A DNA stretch of 64,000 nucleotides from contig NMRA01000001.1 of NCBI GenBank assembly GCA_002633005.1, positions 438,625-502,624 of the forward strand, in the 5' to 3' direction. The notes under the pieces were generated by a model. That model saw only the letters and a list, made by a program, of their open reading frames with translations. It did not search any database and had not been told where the DNA came from. The translations under genes were made by a program, and so were the position numbers. Origin of the DNA: Phoronis australis (lineage: Eukaryota; Animalia; Phoronida). Positions 37,373 through 50,400 of the stretch are shown one piece after another. The number at the start of each line of letters is the position of its first letter. The stretch's first letter is position 1.

Positions 37373-38360
37373 ATATTGATCAACTTTATTGTAAGAATTT
37401 ATGCTGCATAAGATCACACTTCAGTGTCCCAATAACTGACCTGGAGTCCGAAAGATTTACTGTCACATGAATAATGTGAATTTACCTGTCCTCCATGACC
37501 AACACCTCGGCCTAGTTATTTGAGAATTTATAAAAACTGCGAACCAGGAACTTCCGAGAAAATCTGAACCTCCACAACAATTGTATATGAAATTTCACTA
37601 GAAATTTTACTGAAATAATAACACTGAAATGAGATCACAATGGCATTGACTTATAGGGTGAAGATTGGGGCATGAATCTGACCAATTTAGGACAAAAATA
37701 ATTATAAAAGTTGATCTCTTCTCATTCACAAAGGCTTCCAACATTGATGTGAAAGGCCAAAGTGTCTTGAGACATAGTCTTGAGACATTGTCTGCCCATG
37801 GCTCAATCATAGAACTGCTCTAAAAAAAGACCAAGCATTTACTTGGCATTACATATCTTTTACGAAAAAATGAAGAAATAGGTTTCCCTGGCACCATACT
37901 GCATGGTGAATTGATGAGACTCAGATATTCCTACTTGTTTTACAGGCCTTCACACACAAAAATTACAAGACAGCTTGAATAGGCAGAATAAACATGGCGT
38001 TGACTCTCAAGTAACTATGGAGTAAGTCTATGTAACCACACTTGCAGACTTTCCAGGATCTTGTTTTCAGACAGTATATAGCCAATTTAAGGGATTACTC
38101 AAGGCTAGGTCTGTTCATCACCAGATAAAGTTAGGGTTTACTATGAGGGTGGAGAAACGTGTATTTATCAATTTACTTTATGAATTAGCGAGACAACGTT
38201 AAGTAAATACTTAGTGGAAACACTAATGATGGAATTAGTTCTTAATCATGGAGTGTACAGTACTAGTCGAAAGTATCGAGACAAAATGACCTGTGATTCC
38301 ACTTATGGATGAGTGGGCGGAAGCAGAATTCATCGTCAGAGAAGTCTTTTATCGTGACCG

Positions 38361-38494
38361 AGAATGAACAGGAATGAACAGGAATGAACGGGAATGAACG
38401 GGAATGAACAGGAATGAACGGGAATGAACGGGAATGAACAGGAATGAACGGGAATGAACAGGAATGAACGGGAATGAACAGGAACGAACAGGAA
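38361..38494. repeat. 10-bp minisatellite (GGAATGAAC[A/G]) x13
   Basis: 13 contiguous decamers varying mainly at the last base. Confidence 0.97.
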
Positions 38495-39457
38495 AGTTAG
38501 TGATTAGAATTTTGCCGCCCTAATAGTTATTACGAGTCATTTTTGTTGTTATTAGAATTAGCCGTGCATCATGGGAAAATGATATTTTTTGCCTGATTAC
38601 TTTTGTCTTGAACTGTATCTATTTGTTCTGCATTACATGAACATCAAAATAGTTTTATGCTCTGTGTTCAGATGTAGCCTCTGCTGTTATAAATTAACCA
38701 TAGCTGTGCTCAAGAATTTCACTTGACAAAATCAAAGTTAACAAGCTGACTGTTAGTGTTTGACAAGTAAGAGAGATATCACTGTCTAGGCTGTACAACT
38801 GATGTCACCAAGCTTTCCTGAGAATAACCAGGAAAATACTTCACTTATTTCGCATAAAACAAATGAATTAAATTGCCCTGAGTGGAGGTGTGCCAAATAA
38901 ATGGAAAATGCAGACTTTATTGCTGATGGGTGCGTGAAATTAACGAGTAACCAGCCATTGCCTACTGCCTAGAAAGGATGCGAATTTTCCAAGGTGCAAA
39001 ACTGATTTTGTGTGAATTAGGGCAGGCAAGAAATTCTCACCAAATAGCCATAAGTGATGGGCATAATATTTTTAAAAAAATTTTTCAGTGTAAGAAATGA
39101 GGCTTATGTGCTTACCACAGACACTCTCATTAATAGCATTAATTTTTCACGAACACAATTCTTTTGTCCCGCACTCCACTGTAGTTCTGTACTCATGTTA
39201 GTCAAAATATACCAAGCATGTTCAAAACAACAGAACAGTGGTGCATGAAAAAGGAATTACACTAGAAATGAGAAAATAATCGTGCTTATGATGTGAAAAT
39301 TATGCATATCAATGTTTATTCTAGACTTAAATGACAATAATATTCAACTCCAACTTCAACTTAACAGAGGTCCCAGATATAGTGGTTAAGTGTTAGATAA
39401 ATTGAACATCAGTCAACCACATTCCATGGCAATACGGAAAAACTCACCATTTTGGAC

Positions 39458-39623
39458 CAGTGCTGTAGTGGTAAAATTAGAGGTAAGTAGGCACCCAATG
39501 CCCACCGTATCACATTGAGCAGTGAATTTTAAAAGTGCACTGAATTCGTATCGTGACATAACTTACAGTGCGTAGGCACTACGTTTAAATTTCTATGTGT
39601 GCCTACGCCCCACTACAGCACCG
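39458..39623. mobile_element. hAT-type MITE with perfect 8-bp TSD
   Basis: TIRs CAGTGCTGTAGTGG and CCACTACAGCACCG; TTTTGGAC duplicated at 39450-39457 and 39624-39631. Confidence 0.92.
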
Positions 39624-41346
39624 TTTTGGACATAAATGATTGTTTATTTTAATTATTCAAGCAAATCTAACATTGTTGATACCATTTTTCAAAATGTTTG
39701 TACCTATGGTATGGACATTGAAAAAGACAAAAGTAGCAATCTTTTATGAAAAAATGGGGAAATAAAATATGATTTTTGCTGGCTTTTTATATCCTGAGGT
39801 TTTGCTGTAGTGCAGACATGAGACATTTATTTGTCCACGTGCTATCTCTAACCAAAAATGAATAAGGTCTCTAACATTTAACCGGGGTGTAAATTGACTG
39901 ACAAACGCTGCTGTTTTACTTGGCAATATATCCCCTGTAAAAACATGTGCTTGCTTTGTCCCAGGAAGAATATAACAAAGATGGCTGGATAAAAGACCAA
40001 GTTACCCTTACAAAGGTTGAAAGCTAGGACTGATTTATAAAATCATCGCTTAAGTATTTCATGCACTTGTGGGTCTTTGATTCTTTATTAACAGCTAACT
40101 TTTCTCACACACACAGAATGAATGTCTATAGGCCTAACTTTTGTGTAATTTGTCAGTTGATTAGCCTAGGACCAAGCCAAATGCCTGATAAAACTGGTGA
40201 CGTCAATAAAACTAGACAGTTTTCAAGTGGCACAATTTAAAATGTTGAGCATTCAGATCATTTCTTTTGACAGATCAATGAAAAAAATCACACCAGTTTC
40301 ACGGACAATTAAGCAAAAAGGTAAAGCAGACTAGCTCCACAGTCCTACCTGTACTATTGAACATTCATAAAGGCAAGAACAAGCCGTTCATAAACTTGAT
40401 TCTGTGTTCAGTGAACTGCTATTTTAAACTTTAAAGCTGGAAGACTATAGATCTTCTCAAAAAGTGATAAAATTTAACAATTTTTACTTTTAGGAAGAGA
40501 ACAAAAGAATTAAGTAAGCATGTTTGTCTATAGATAATTTTTTTGTAACTCGTTGAATAATCTCAAATATTCCACATTACGACAAAAACCACCATTTTCA
40601 GGGGAACAAACAATTTTTATAGTCTGAAATTTAAGATTTTTTTCAAAAACCATGTGACTCATTTTGCCCCCCTCCCCTAAAGCACTCATTTTTATTCCAC
40701 AAAACATGCAACACTAAATTCATACCCCAATTCATGCAAATGCCTCAAAGAACATAAATCACCCAGGCATTCATTAACGACACCCTGAGTGTTTATACAG
40801 GTGTCATCAACACAGACTTCAAACTCACAAGCAAGAGACTGGGAGGACATGTGACCGCCTACAGGAGATATGGTGTTATGGACACACTGCCTCGTCAGGT
40901 GCGTATTTTGCCCCATTCTCTGATATCATCTCAGGTGGGTAATTGTTTGGGTCATCTTGGGTGGTGGTTTTGGGTTTGAGGCTACCCCGCAAAGGGACAG
41001 TAGGTCGACTAATGTTGACTCTAGGGTACCACTTTTCATCACTTTGATAATTGTTTACTTACTTCAGTTCACACAAAAATAATTGCCAAAACTGTCATTT
41101 TTCTATTTGTTATAGATGGATTACCTGGCTCATAACAATTTTATGACATCAACATAGTGAAAGCAACCCAACAACAGATTGAAATTGTGTTTACTTGTAT
41201 TTTTATACACAAAATTTGCCAATCATCAGTATTTCACTTGTCCACCATATCACCTTCTAAATAAGAAGCATAACCCTATTCCCCAGATACCCATCCTTCT
41301 CATTGAACAGGTATTGCAGATAATGTGGGATTTCAATGAACCATAC

Positions 41347-41576
41347 ACCCCATCATTTGATGAAAAACTTCCTGAAGAGAGTATAGGTATGGCTTCTCAA
41401 CTTCACCGTCAGAGTCAAGTGGGGCTTCATAGGAAAATTGAACTGACTCAAGTCTAATTACGAATCTTGGTGTGTCATAAATTTCCTTCTGAAACCTCTC
41501 CAACAGGTAAACACAGACTATGTGATTTGAACAGATTTCCTTCTCCTCTGCAAAATAAACAGAAGGTAACTCGTAC
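41347..41576 (-). CDS. Candidate internal coding exon of the unidentified gene (YELPSVYFAEEKEICSNHIVCVYLLERFQKEIYDTPRFVIRLESVQFSYEAPLDSDGEVEKPYLYSLQEVFHQMMG)
   Basis: Acceptor TTAATTGATTTCAG|G (alternative TTTATTTTGCAG|AG, exon start 41547); about 76 open, protein-like codons; probable donor T|GTATGG. Length alone is not significant. Confidence 0.45.
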
Positions 41577-41984
41577 CTGAAATCAATTAAAAAATTCCAA
41601 GACCTAACGCTTAAGAATTAGTGCCATGAACAAATAATGAACCCTTTAAATGTACATAAATGATACTGAGGTATTGATATTAATCAATTAGAGCACATTT
41701 TTTACAAAACTTTTCCGCGTTAATAGACAAAAAATTAGTTTTAAAAATTCTCAGATGAAAAAAGTGCAGCACAAAACAAAAACAAAAACAAACACAATGA
41801 ATCGGACAAAATGCCATTTCCCCATAATGACAGCTAAGTCCGTTAACAACGTAACTTTTCAATGGAGCCAGAAATTAAATTTCCAACCATTTGCAAAAAC
41901 AGGTTGCGATAATTTAAGGCTTTGTGACAGTTAAATTACAGCTTTAGTAGAACCACTCCTCAAATTTTGAAACACATTATATGT

Positions 41985-42310
41985 GAGTGCATTATGACTA
42001 CACTGCTAGAAGCTGGATTGAAGAGTCTGGGCAAGGCATGGAGATTGGAATTACTAAAAAATGATTTTGTTAGAAGATAACTAAAATTCCCAGGGTTATC
42101 ATATGCCCTGAGGCAAAGCTGGAAGGCATTAGAGCTGACCTGCACCCAGTGACTGGCTGCGATTATTTCCGAGCACGCACACAGGTTATCCACAGGTAGG
42201 GGAAGAAAGTTACATAACGGCCGTGCAAAAACATAGCCCGACCAAACTAATGACGCGAGTCTTACAAGATCCTGATTACAACCATGTAATGACTCAACCA
42301 AGGATGAAGT
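41985..42310 (+). mobile_element. Possible decayed 3' end of a CR1/L2-group LINE ORF2
   Basis: Broken translations TTLLEAGLKSL...YALR...KHSPTKLMTRVLQ resemble the LxxL..RR..Y.LR..SP..MxRLL tail of such elements; weak. Confidence 0.35.
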
Positions 42311-42365
42311 AACTATACAAAAACATGGTGGTAAATAGTAATCTTATCATACCACCCATGTACAC

Positions 42366-42960
42366 TGAGAGAGATTAGGAGGAGAGTGGAAAAGGGTGGG
42401 GGTGCGGGGTTAAGGGGGAAGGCGTGATGGGGGAGGGGAACAGATCAAGAAGAGGGAGGTGGTGTTAATGCAGTGGGAAGACAAAAAAGAGACGGGGGTC
42501 GTGCCAGAGGGGGACGGATGCATGGATGTGATAGAGAAGAATAGATCGAGGGGCATGAGATAAAGAGAGGGAAATGGGAGGAGTAACAGAAAGGGAACTT
42601 AAGAAGGGGGTGAATGGAGGAGACTGGGATTGGAAGAGGGGGGGAGACGGACGGCAGTGGAGGGGAGAGTGATGAGGAAAGGGTATTGAAAGAGGGAGAC
42701 AAACAAATGGAATGAGATTGCAGGGGAAAGATGGAGCCATGGTTAGGGAGGGAGGGTATAAGGAAGGAGGATGGAAGAAGTGGGAGGGAGGAAGCAGGAA
42801 GGAGAGACAGAGGAATGGAGTCACATGGAATGGAAGATATTAAAAGAAAGCAGACGAAGTGGATGGAAAAATGGGGTGAGAAGGGAGTGCTGCAGCAAGG
42901 GAAAGACAGGTTGAGAATGGCGGAGCGGAGTTACGAGAGTTGGTAGTGGTAGAGTTAAGA
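42366..42960 (+). repeat. Purine/G-rich low-complexity tract
   Basis: About 600 bp dominated by A/G with many G runs. Confidence 0.85.
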
Positions 42961-44969
42961 GAATCGACAGAAAGGGAAAACTTTCCCAAACATGGCGTCT
43001 CTGTAGTAAAGTGTACAGATATGCTGCCAGCTTTATTCAACGCTTTTCAAACCACTGACAAAGTACATGTTGCACAAGCCAGACACCACTATCACCACAT
43101 GTGATAGTTTTTTGGGGTAAAATAAATACAAGATAAAATACAAGTTTGCTTCATTCAAACTCAAATGACCTAGGTACACATTAGCGCTTTTACTAAACAA
43201 ACAACTCAACTCAAGAGCAAGAAATGTTTGACTCTCTCATCTGGTGAACACGATTAAAAGTGACCTCACTGCATATGAGTGGCACACAAGGGTTCTCTCA
43301 TGAAATCAGTTTTGTAATATTCCTTTTAGTTAGAGTAGTACACTATTCCCGTTGCCAACAGCAACATGTAAACCATCATTGAAACAAGAAAACGCTTCAG
43401 GTATTAGCTAACACTTAACTTTGAAAATGACGTAGGCATTACCTGTGATTTGAGGTGCTTGCTCATTTGACAAAAATTCAGATTGGATGAGCATCGTAAT
43501 GTTTTTAAACCCCAAAGCACTTCAATTAAAAATTCAACATTGACAGTTAAACGTCAGTTAAATGCAGCGTAAAACTTTCAAAATGTCGGTTTTCTTCAAT
43601 TTTTCACACAAAAATTACTGAGGTTTGGCGACATCGTATCTCAGAAATAGCTGATAGGATTTGTGCATTGTTCTCCAAAACTTCATTAGGAATAGTTTTT
43701 ATTTTGCTCCATGTTTATATGAGAAGCTATCAAAAAATGGGAACTTTATGATTATCATGAATAAACTCAAAAGTTACATCAAACAAACATGAAATGATAA
43801 TTTCACAAACATTCTTAGCTACTTAGGTTAGCATACCACCTGGTGGCCACATAATGAGAAAACTCCATTATTTTATTGGCAAAATACACAGTCAGATTTT
43901 CAGGTCGGTAAAGTCCCTACAAAACATAAATTTTCCAAAGACAGATGTCAGTGTTGCAGTACTGACCAGTCGTTCATCCCACATGAATAGTACAAACGTC
44001 ATAGTTACTTCAATGTTCATTGGCATTAAAAAATAACAAAATAAATTTTCACATTTTTTCTGCCATATGTGTATTCTGTGACGAACTGGTGACGAATTAG
44101 ACAAACACAATCCCTTCAACCTCATAAACTCTTAGTTGTAGAAAAAACTCTCGATTATCACTATCTAATTTTCCTTTATTCCCAAAACATTCAATTGTTC
44201 ACATAATCACTTCCTGAACTGCACTGAAGTCAAGGAACATGGAAGTATCCATGACTATTGTTCACATCAATTCAATCCATGGTTCACACTACTCAAGCGA
44301 CACCTATAGAGTGACAGGCTAACTGCAGTGACAATGCCTTGAATTAACACTGCTTTGCTGGGTCCAGAGGCCATATGCAATCAATAGCTTAGTCATGGTA
44401 CGGTAAAATCTTACCAATTTAGGACACAATATGCCCGACAAGTGAAATTTTGTTTCGTAATTTTACCAAGAAAGATATGTAGCACCAAATTAAATAATTT
44501 TCCTTGTTCAAGCTTTTTCAACACAACTACCATCAAACAAAATTTAGAAAATTTGTGAGCATTCCCAACAAGGTTAGAAGCCCTTGAAAAATGTGAAAAG
44601 ACCATTTTTAGCAATTATTTTTGTCTCAATTTGGTGGGATTTTACTGTAATATAAAAAGGAATACAAGTGAGTCTGTCTAGTGCTTTCTTACTAAAATGA
44701 GAAAGAAGCAAATGGAGGAGCTGTAGCCAACAATTTGAAAGTTGAAAAGTGAGTTCAAGGGATACAATAACTTTTAGGGCTAAAAAATGCATTTTGGGAT
44801 TACTGCTGGATAGGATAAGCTTCTAGGAGATATTAGGTTGTTTGATCAGAGCTAAACATTGGGATTTCGTGGTTCTCTTACAATTCTCCAATTTCCGCCC
44901 TTGACTGCCACTCACTTACTGAAACCGAGGCTGGTTCAATATCCCTAAAACACCTGTCTACTTGCTGAT

Positions 44970-45060
44970 GGAGATTTAGCTCCATTAGCAAAGTGTGAAC
45001 TGTGAACTCTGAGGTTCTGAGTTCAAATTCGTAAGGGCCGGGGCTGAACTTGAAAAAAAA
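44970..45060 (+). mobile_element. tRNA-derived SINE-like remnant
   Basis: A-box-like TAGCTCCATTAG at about 44977, B-box-like GAGTTCAAATTC at about 45019, followed by an A run. Confidence 0.45.
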
Positions 45061-45185
45061 CACTTTTCTCAGCGATTGTATCATTTAACAAGTTCTTGCC
45101 ACTTCCTGTTCAAGCACCAATTGCCTTTTCAGATGAAACAACTACCTTTAGCCATCACAATCAAATATAGCCTGCACTCTCTCAC

Positions 45186-45235
45186 CTGTGATTCCATTGT
45201 CAGGAAGCAGCAATTGTCCAATATGTTGATCCCAA
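45186..45235 (-). other. Candidate 50-nt exon of the unidentified minus-strand gene
   Basis: CTTTGTTCAG| ... CAG|GTGAGA; two frames open (GINILDNCCFLTMESQ or WDQHIGQLLLPDNGIT). Could be chance. Confidence 0.25.
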
Positions 45236-47420
45236 CTGAACAAAGCCAATGGGAAGAGTCTTAAGCCGGACAAAGGGTGGCGCTGTCAGCTTCTCGGATC
45301 AATGTACTCCATGATTCAATGTTTTTTCAATTCTGAAATGGTAAAAGAGGGAGATAATGAAAACTTAGTCCAAGCAAACGACATAACTTGTAAACTTTTT
45401 TGAACAGTGGACAATAACCTCGAGATGCATTAATGTTTGTGCAATAAAACTTTGAAAACGAGTCACATATCATCAGGCAACAATGAGTAAAATCTCACCC
45501 CTTTGAGATACCAGTTCTATTTTCTCCTTTTTAGGAGATATGTACACCAAACTAACACTTTACTGAGTTCACGTTCAAGTCTGGCACCATAAATATTTAT
45601 TGGTTTAACCACCAGACAATATGAAAAGGCACTGAAAAATGAAAAGGAGCAATTAAGACAATTATTTTTACCAGAAATTGCTATAATTTTATTTAGTATG
45701 AACTTTACTGAGCGCATTCATCATCTAATGATGAGATTTTTAAGTGCAAACGCTGACAGCCCGCAATACAGCAGACTTGCCATACTGTCCGTGAGATATT
45801 ACCGCGAAATCTTAACTATTTCATAAAAAAATATCCGACAAAGCTCACTCCTTATTCATTTCAAGGGCTTCCAACATTGCTGTGAATACTAAATTTTTTT
45901 CAAAATATCAATTGTCTGATGATTTGGCTACGACACACAAATTGAGCACGGAAAAGGACTGATTTGGTGCTGGATATCTTTTACAGGAGAATAAAATTCT
46001 ACTTGTACACCATAGTGCATCCTACACTGGCGGGAATCGTACATATTGTCACAGGCAATTGATTAACTTCAACTTGAATCTCCCCTCATTGCAGTTTCAA
46101 TGGGCTATTAAAGCTCAAAGTTTCCGGATCTGGCACCAATTATTAACATCTGAGAAAATACAAATTCATCATTTTCTATAAATACCTACACCCACCCAAC
46201 AATCAGCTATTTATTCTGGAAAGCTGGCAGTTCAAATACAGCCAACCTTTCCCACATTCTACTGAAAGGACGCTCATTAGCGTAACAGGTAAAGCTTATA
46301 CCAGTGATTATTTATTGATCACAAGACAACACCGTTCACCCTGTAATAATAACTTGACAAATAGAAGAGGAGTTATGAAAACAGAACTTCTATTGACTGC
46401 ACGTATGCTTTATCAATACAAAATATTGTTTTGCTCAGAAAGAACTATTGACATTTTCAGGTGCATTTGTGGCCGAGATCAACATGCGAAATAAAAAAAT
46501 TAGAAAAAATCAGCGGGTTTCTTTCTTAAGGAGGTAGCAAAACCGCATACCTTTGAAGAATCTAAATTGTGACTTTGGTCACTTATTGTCGTAAAATTGA
46601 CCTTGATTTGTTCCTTACTCAGACGAGAAGTATATTATTCCCCGAGACCATAATCGGCCAATAAAGTGACAAATAATAATTGTCGGGACAAAGTCACCTT
46701 GTACAAAGTGGTCTCAAAATAATAATGAGCTCAGACAAAAAAGAAAATAATGAGCTGACAGTTCTTAGTCTAAGCCCAGAAATCCGATTTGCGACCGATT
46801 TGATAGCAGCAGGATAAACTCACATGAATTTCAGACAAAAGTTATTGTCCAGATAACCTCTTTACATTTCAAGGGCTTTCAACATGATTGTTCCAAATGC
46901 CCACAAATTTTTCAGAAACCCTTCTCAGTACAGTAACTGTGGAACGCAACTTGAACATCAACTGTTTGCCAAAAAAGGTGCTACCAGCACAATCCAAGCT
47001 ATGAATCTTGTTAAAACACAGCTAAGAAGTAGCGGGAGGGCGTGCAACATTGGAAGAGTACTCACACACTGCGCATTATCAATATCCGATAATTGTGTGG
47101 TCTGCTTATGTAAACGGGTATTGTTGTGAAGATCACCTGGCTCATTTCATACCTTTGCGTACCTGCACACTACAAAGTTCAGGCTCGACAAGGTATGAGT
47201 AGAGCCTAGTCTAAAGCGATAATGAGCTGTCAATTCTTTCCAAGTTCAAAAATCCTTTCTCAGAGCAGAACAAATTTAAAAAACCTTTAAAGGTCTGCGG
47301 AAGTTTCTTTTTTAAGGGAATTGAGGTTTATAGCATCTGTAATTGATGGCTTTTTGACCAGCTGACCCGTGAACCTCCTAATGAGGTGCACAATCGCTTT
47401 AATGTAATATCAACAAGGGT

Positions 47421-47467
47421 GACAGCATGGCTCAGTGGATTGAGCTCCGGACTCCCATACGGGAGAC
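47421..47467 (+). mobile_element. Truncated tRNA-like head (SINE remnant)
   Basis: GACAGCATGGCTCAGTGG A box followed by CTCCCATACGGGAG hairpin; no B box. Confidence 0.3.
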
Positions 47468-50400
47468 AATTGAGCATTGCACACACAAAGATGTCTCCTA
47501 CTCATCTGAGCTCGATCTTGATCGTCACGGTGAATGTGTGGTAGTTCAGGGAGTGAATTAGAACCTGGATATGATGCGAAAGCGAATTCTGGGGAGAGGG
47601 GAGGGCCGGAGAGAGGTAAATACCATAGAAGAGATACTCAGGACTTGTCGCTTATATTTAAGACTTTCAAGTCCACTCACCCAACAAAAGGCTATTATTT
47701 CCGACAAAATTCCCTGCAAAATGTACATCTTCCAACTCAATTCCCAACTACAAAAAATCTATTTTTTAAAATACTATGTGAATAGTCCACACGACACTCA
47801 AAGCCATTATGAACCCCTTCAGTTGTGAAATACCATTGGATCAATACAATTTTACTGACAACTAATTTTTGTATCAATTTGTTGGAGTCATTTCTGGACA
47901 TAAAGAGACATGTCACGCTCACATGCGTAACAACAACCTCAGCCTGATCAGTTTCTCAACACTTTAACATTCCAAGCGTGTAATAAAGTAAGCCTCCAAT
48001 CTACTATGTTATCTAAGTACATGTACGTTTTCAAATGATAAAAATCAGTACGAACCTGCTTACATTTTCACCAAAATTAATTCTCACTCCAAATCGAAGT
48101 ACATTTCGCAGCTTGTGTGACAAGGCAGTGCTGTTTCTATACTGCAATTTTAATCACCCAAGTTTCTCCCTGACAAAATATTTGCAGACGGCCTGATTTC
48201 ATCAATAATCATGGCGAACAAAGGATTTCTATGGACAGCGTGTCGTTTATGCACACAGTTTATCGATACGTTTTCTACAAGTCTATGCTCCTGCTGAAGA
48301 CTGGTCGATGGTTAATGTAAGCAAACTCACAAATCCCTGATTAAAATGTTGAAAGCTTTATTGTTAGGTTACAAACAGAAACACAAAACAATATTCAGCG
48401 GTATAAAATTTGTGACAAGAAAAAAGAACAACAAGGGTTTACAAAATACCTAATGGCAGATGCAGAAAAAGGTATTGCGCTAATTCTTCGTGTACTTTAA
48501 AAACAATATGGCTGACAAATGAAATACTATTTAGTTGAATTTTTAGTCTATTACAGACGAGTTTGCAGTGTAGCGAGGTCACAAAACAGCATTGGAAAAT
48601 ATCATTTTGGCAATTATTTTGTGTAAAATAAGTGGCAAATTGCCAGAGGCATGTGAAGGTAAAAATTCCCTCAATTTCATTTTAAAATATTTCATTTGGA
48701 AATTGCATGTAAAGACTTAAAGACAATCCCTTTTGGCTATCACTGATACCCACACGACTTAGCCTAACACCTCACCACCAATGGAAGGCATAGGGGTTAA
48801 TGTTATGACAGTATTTATTGCAGCAGGTCTAAGGGCCTAGGGGACAAGCAGAATGCTTCCCAACAATTTGCAGAGGCGTAATGAAATTTCAAGACATATG
48901 CTGGTCCACCTGGTGTGTACCTGGCCCAAACTCAAGTCGACCATAAGAGTCGTCCACAAAATCAGGCTGAACAATTACTGTTATACTGATCTCAGTAAAC
49001 ATCTGCTCTCGCTTATCAGTATCCTGTTCTTTTGCTTAATGTGAAACTGATCTCACAACAAATCAGATCAATTTTCGTTATACAATTAATCGATAGTCAA
49101 GGTGTGGTCCGAAGATTGTAAAAGGGTAGTAACAGGCATTCCCAGCATTCTGATTACTGAGAACCACCGTAGGTGTTTTGGTGACTTTAGATACCATTTC
49201 GCGGCATTCATCGGTCGTTGAAATTAAATAATTTGTGAATTTTAATTTTTCTAACTACACTCACCCGAGCTTCACCTGAGTCTTAGTATAGTAAAATTTC
49301 ATCAATTTTGGAAAACTGCAATTTTTTCCTTTTTTCAAAATCAAGTCCAACACTGTTGCAAATGCCCACAATTTCTCAGAATCATTGTCTGATAGTAGCT
49401 ATGGTATAGATCTGTAAAATGACAAAGCATTATTTATTGACCTTTTATGAAAATATTTGAAAAAATAAAATTTCACTTGTCAGCCACAGTGTGCCCCAAA
49501 CTAGAGAGAAGCTTACATAACTAAGAGCGAATTGCATCATCCATTGAGCAATGCAAAAGAGCATTCAACAATACAACTGTTTGGCATTAATTCTGCATTC
49601 ACTAGAGGGTTTACAAAAATTTATTCATAGGTTATCGCCACCGTTAATCTCTGGCTATGTCAACACTTGAAAAAGGTCACTAGACATTAACAGAGTGATT
49701 CAACTTAGTATTACTCTAATTACTGATTTACCAAGTTGACAAAATACTTCAGTTAGGACTTCCCAAATATAACAAATCACTCAGCAGCCTAGTAAAGTAA
49801 AGAGAGCTCAAGCTGACAATTATTATTTATTTTGCACAACTAACATTTTTTGAAACGCAAAGGATGAAAAACTAATTCATAAAAGACTTCTGCAGCCACC
49901 TACTTTAAATCTGCAAGTTTCTATTCAACGTTCCAATATACTCCAAGCTGTCTGAGCGTGTAATACGTGTAAAATTTTCACCCCGAGGTAGGCCAACCGA
50001 AGTAGCCAGCACAATAACTCGGCGCAGTCAAGACTATTGAGCGCGTTGTCATTCTGGAATTCTGAACAATGCATCTCAGTAATTCACTACTTAAATTAGT
50101 TCCATTAGCAGTGAGCCTGATGTAATTATCACGTTAATTAATTACTCACACAACATGAGCTGTTAATACAGCCATTTACACCAGCGATAAAAGTCCACTA
50201 AGCAGTAAATCCATATGCCTCAGTGGTTGCATCACGGCCATTTTGTGTTGAGGGGCAACATTGGATTAAATACTTCCAAATCGGGGAAAAGACAATAAGG
50301 CCGTTCCGGATTACAGAGTGACACTCGAATTTCGCTGTATTTACCCACAATGCTGTAAACATCCTTCAAGCACATTTGCTGCCTTGTTTTCGTGCCTTTG

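Noticed and set aside
38361-38494. CRISPR-like array
   Set aside because: Contiguous decamers without unique spacers, no cas genes, eukaryotic context.
39744-40916. Additional exons of the second gene (39744-39934, about 40725-40859)
   Set aside because: Open frames with an acceptor but ambiguous donor or phase; not distinguishable from chance without RNA data.
35180-47467. Functional tRNA genes at 35180, 44970 and 47421
   Set aside because: A/B boxes and stems are decayed or incomplete; treated as SINE-like remnants.
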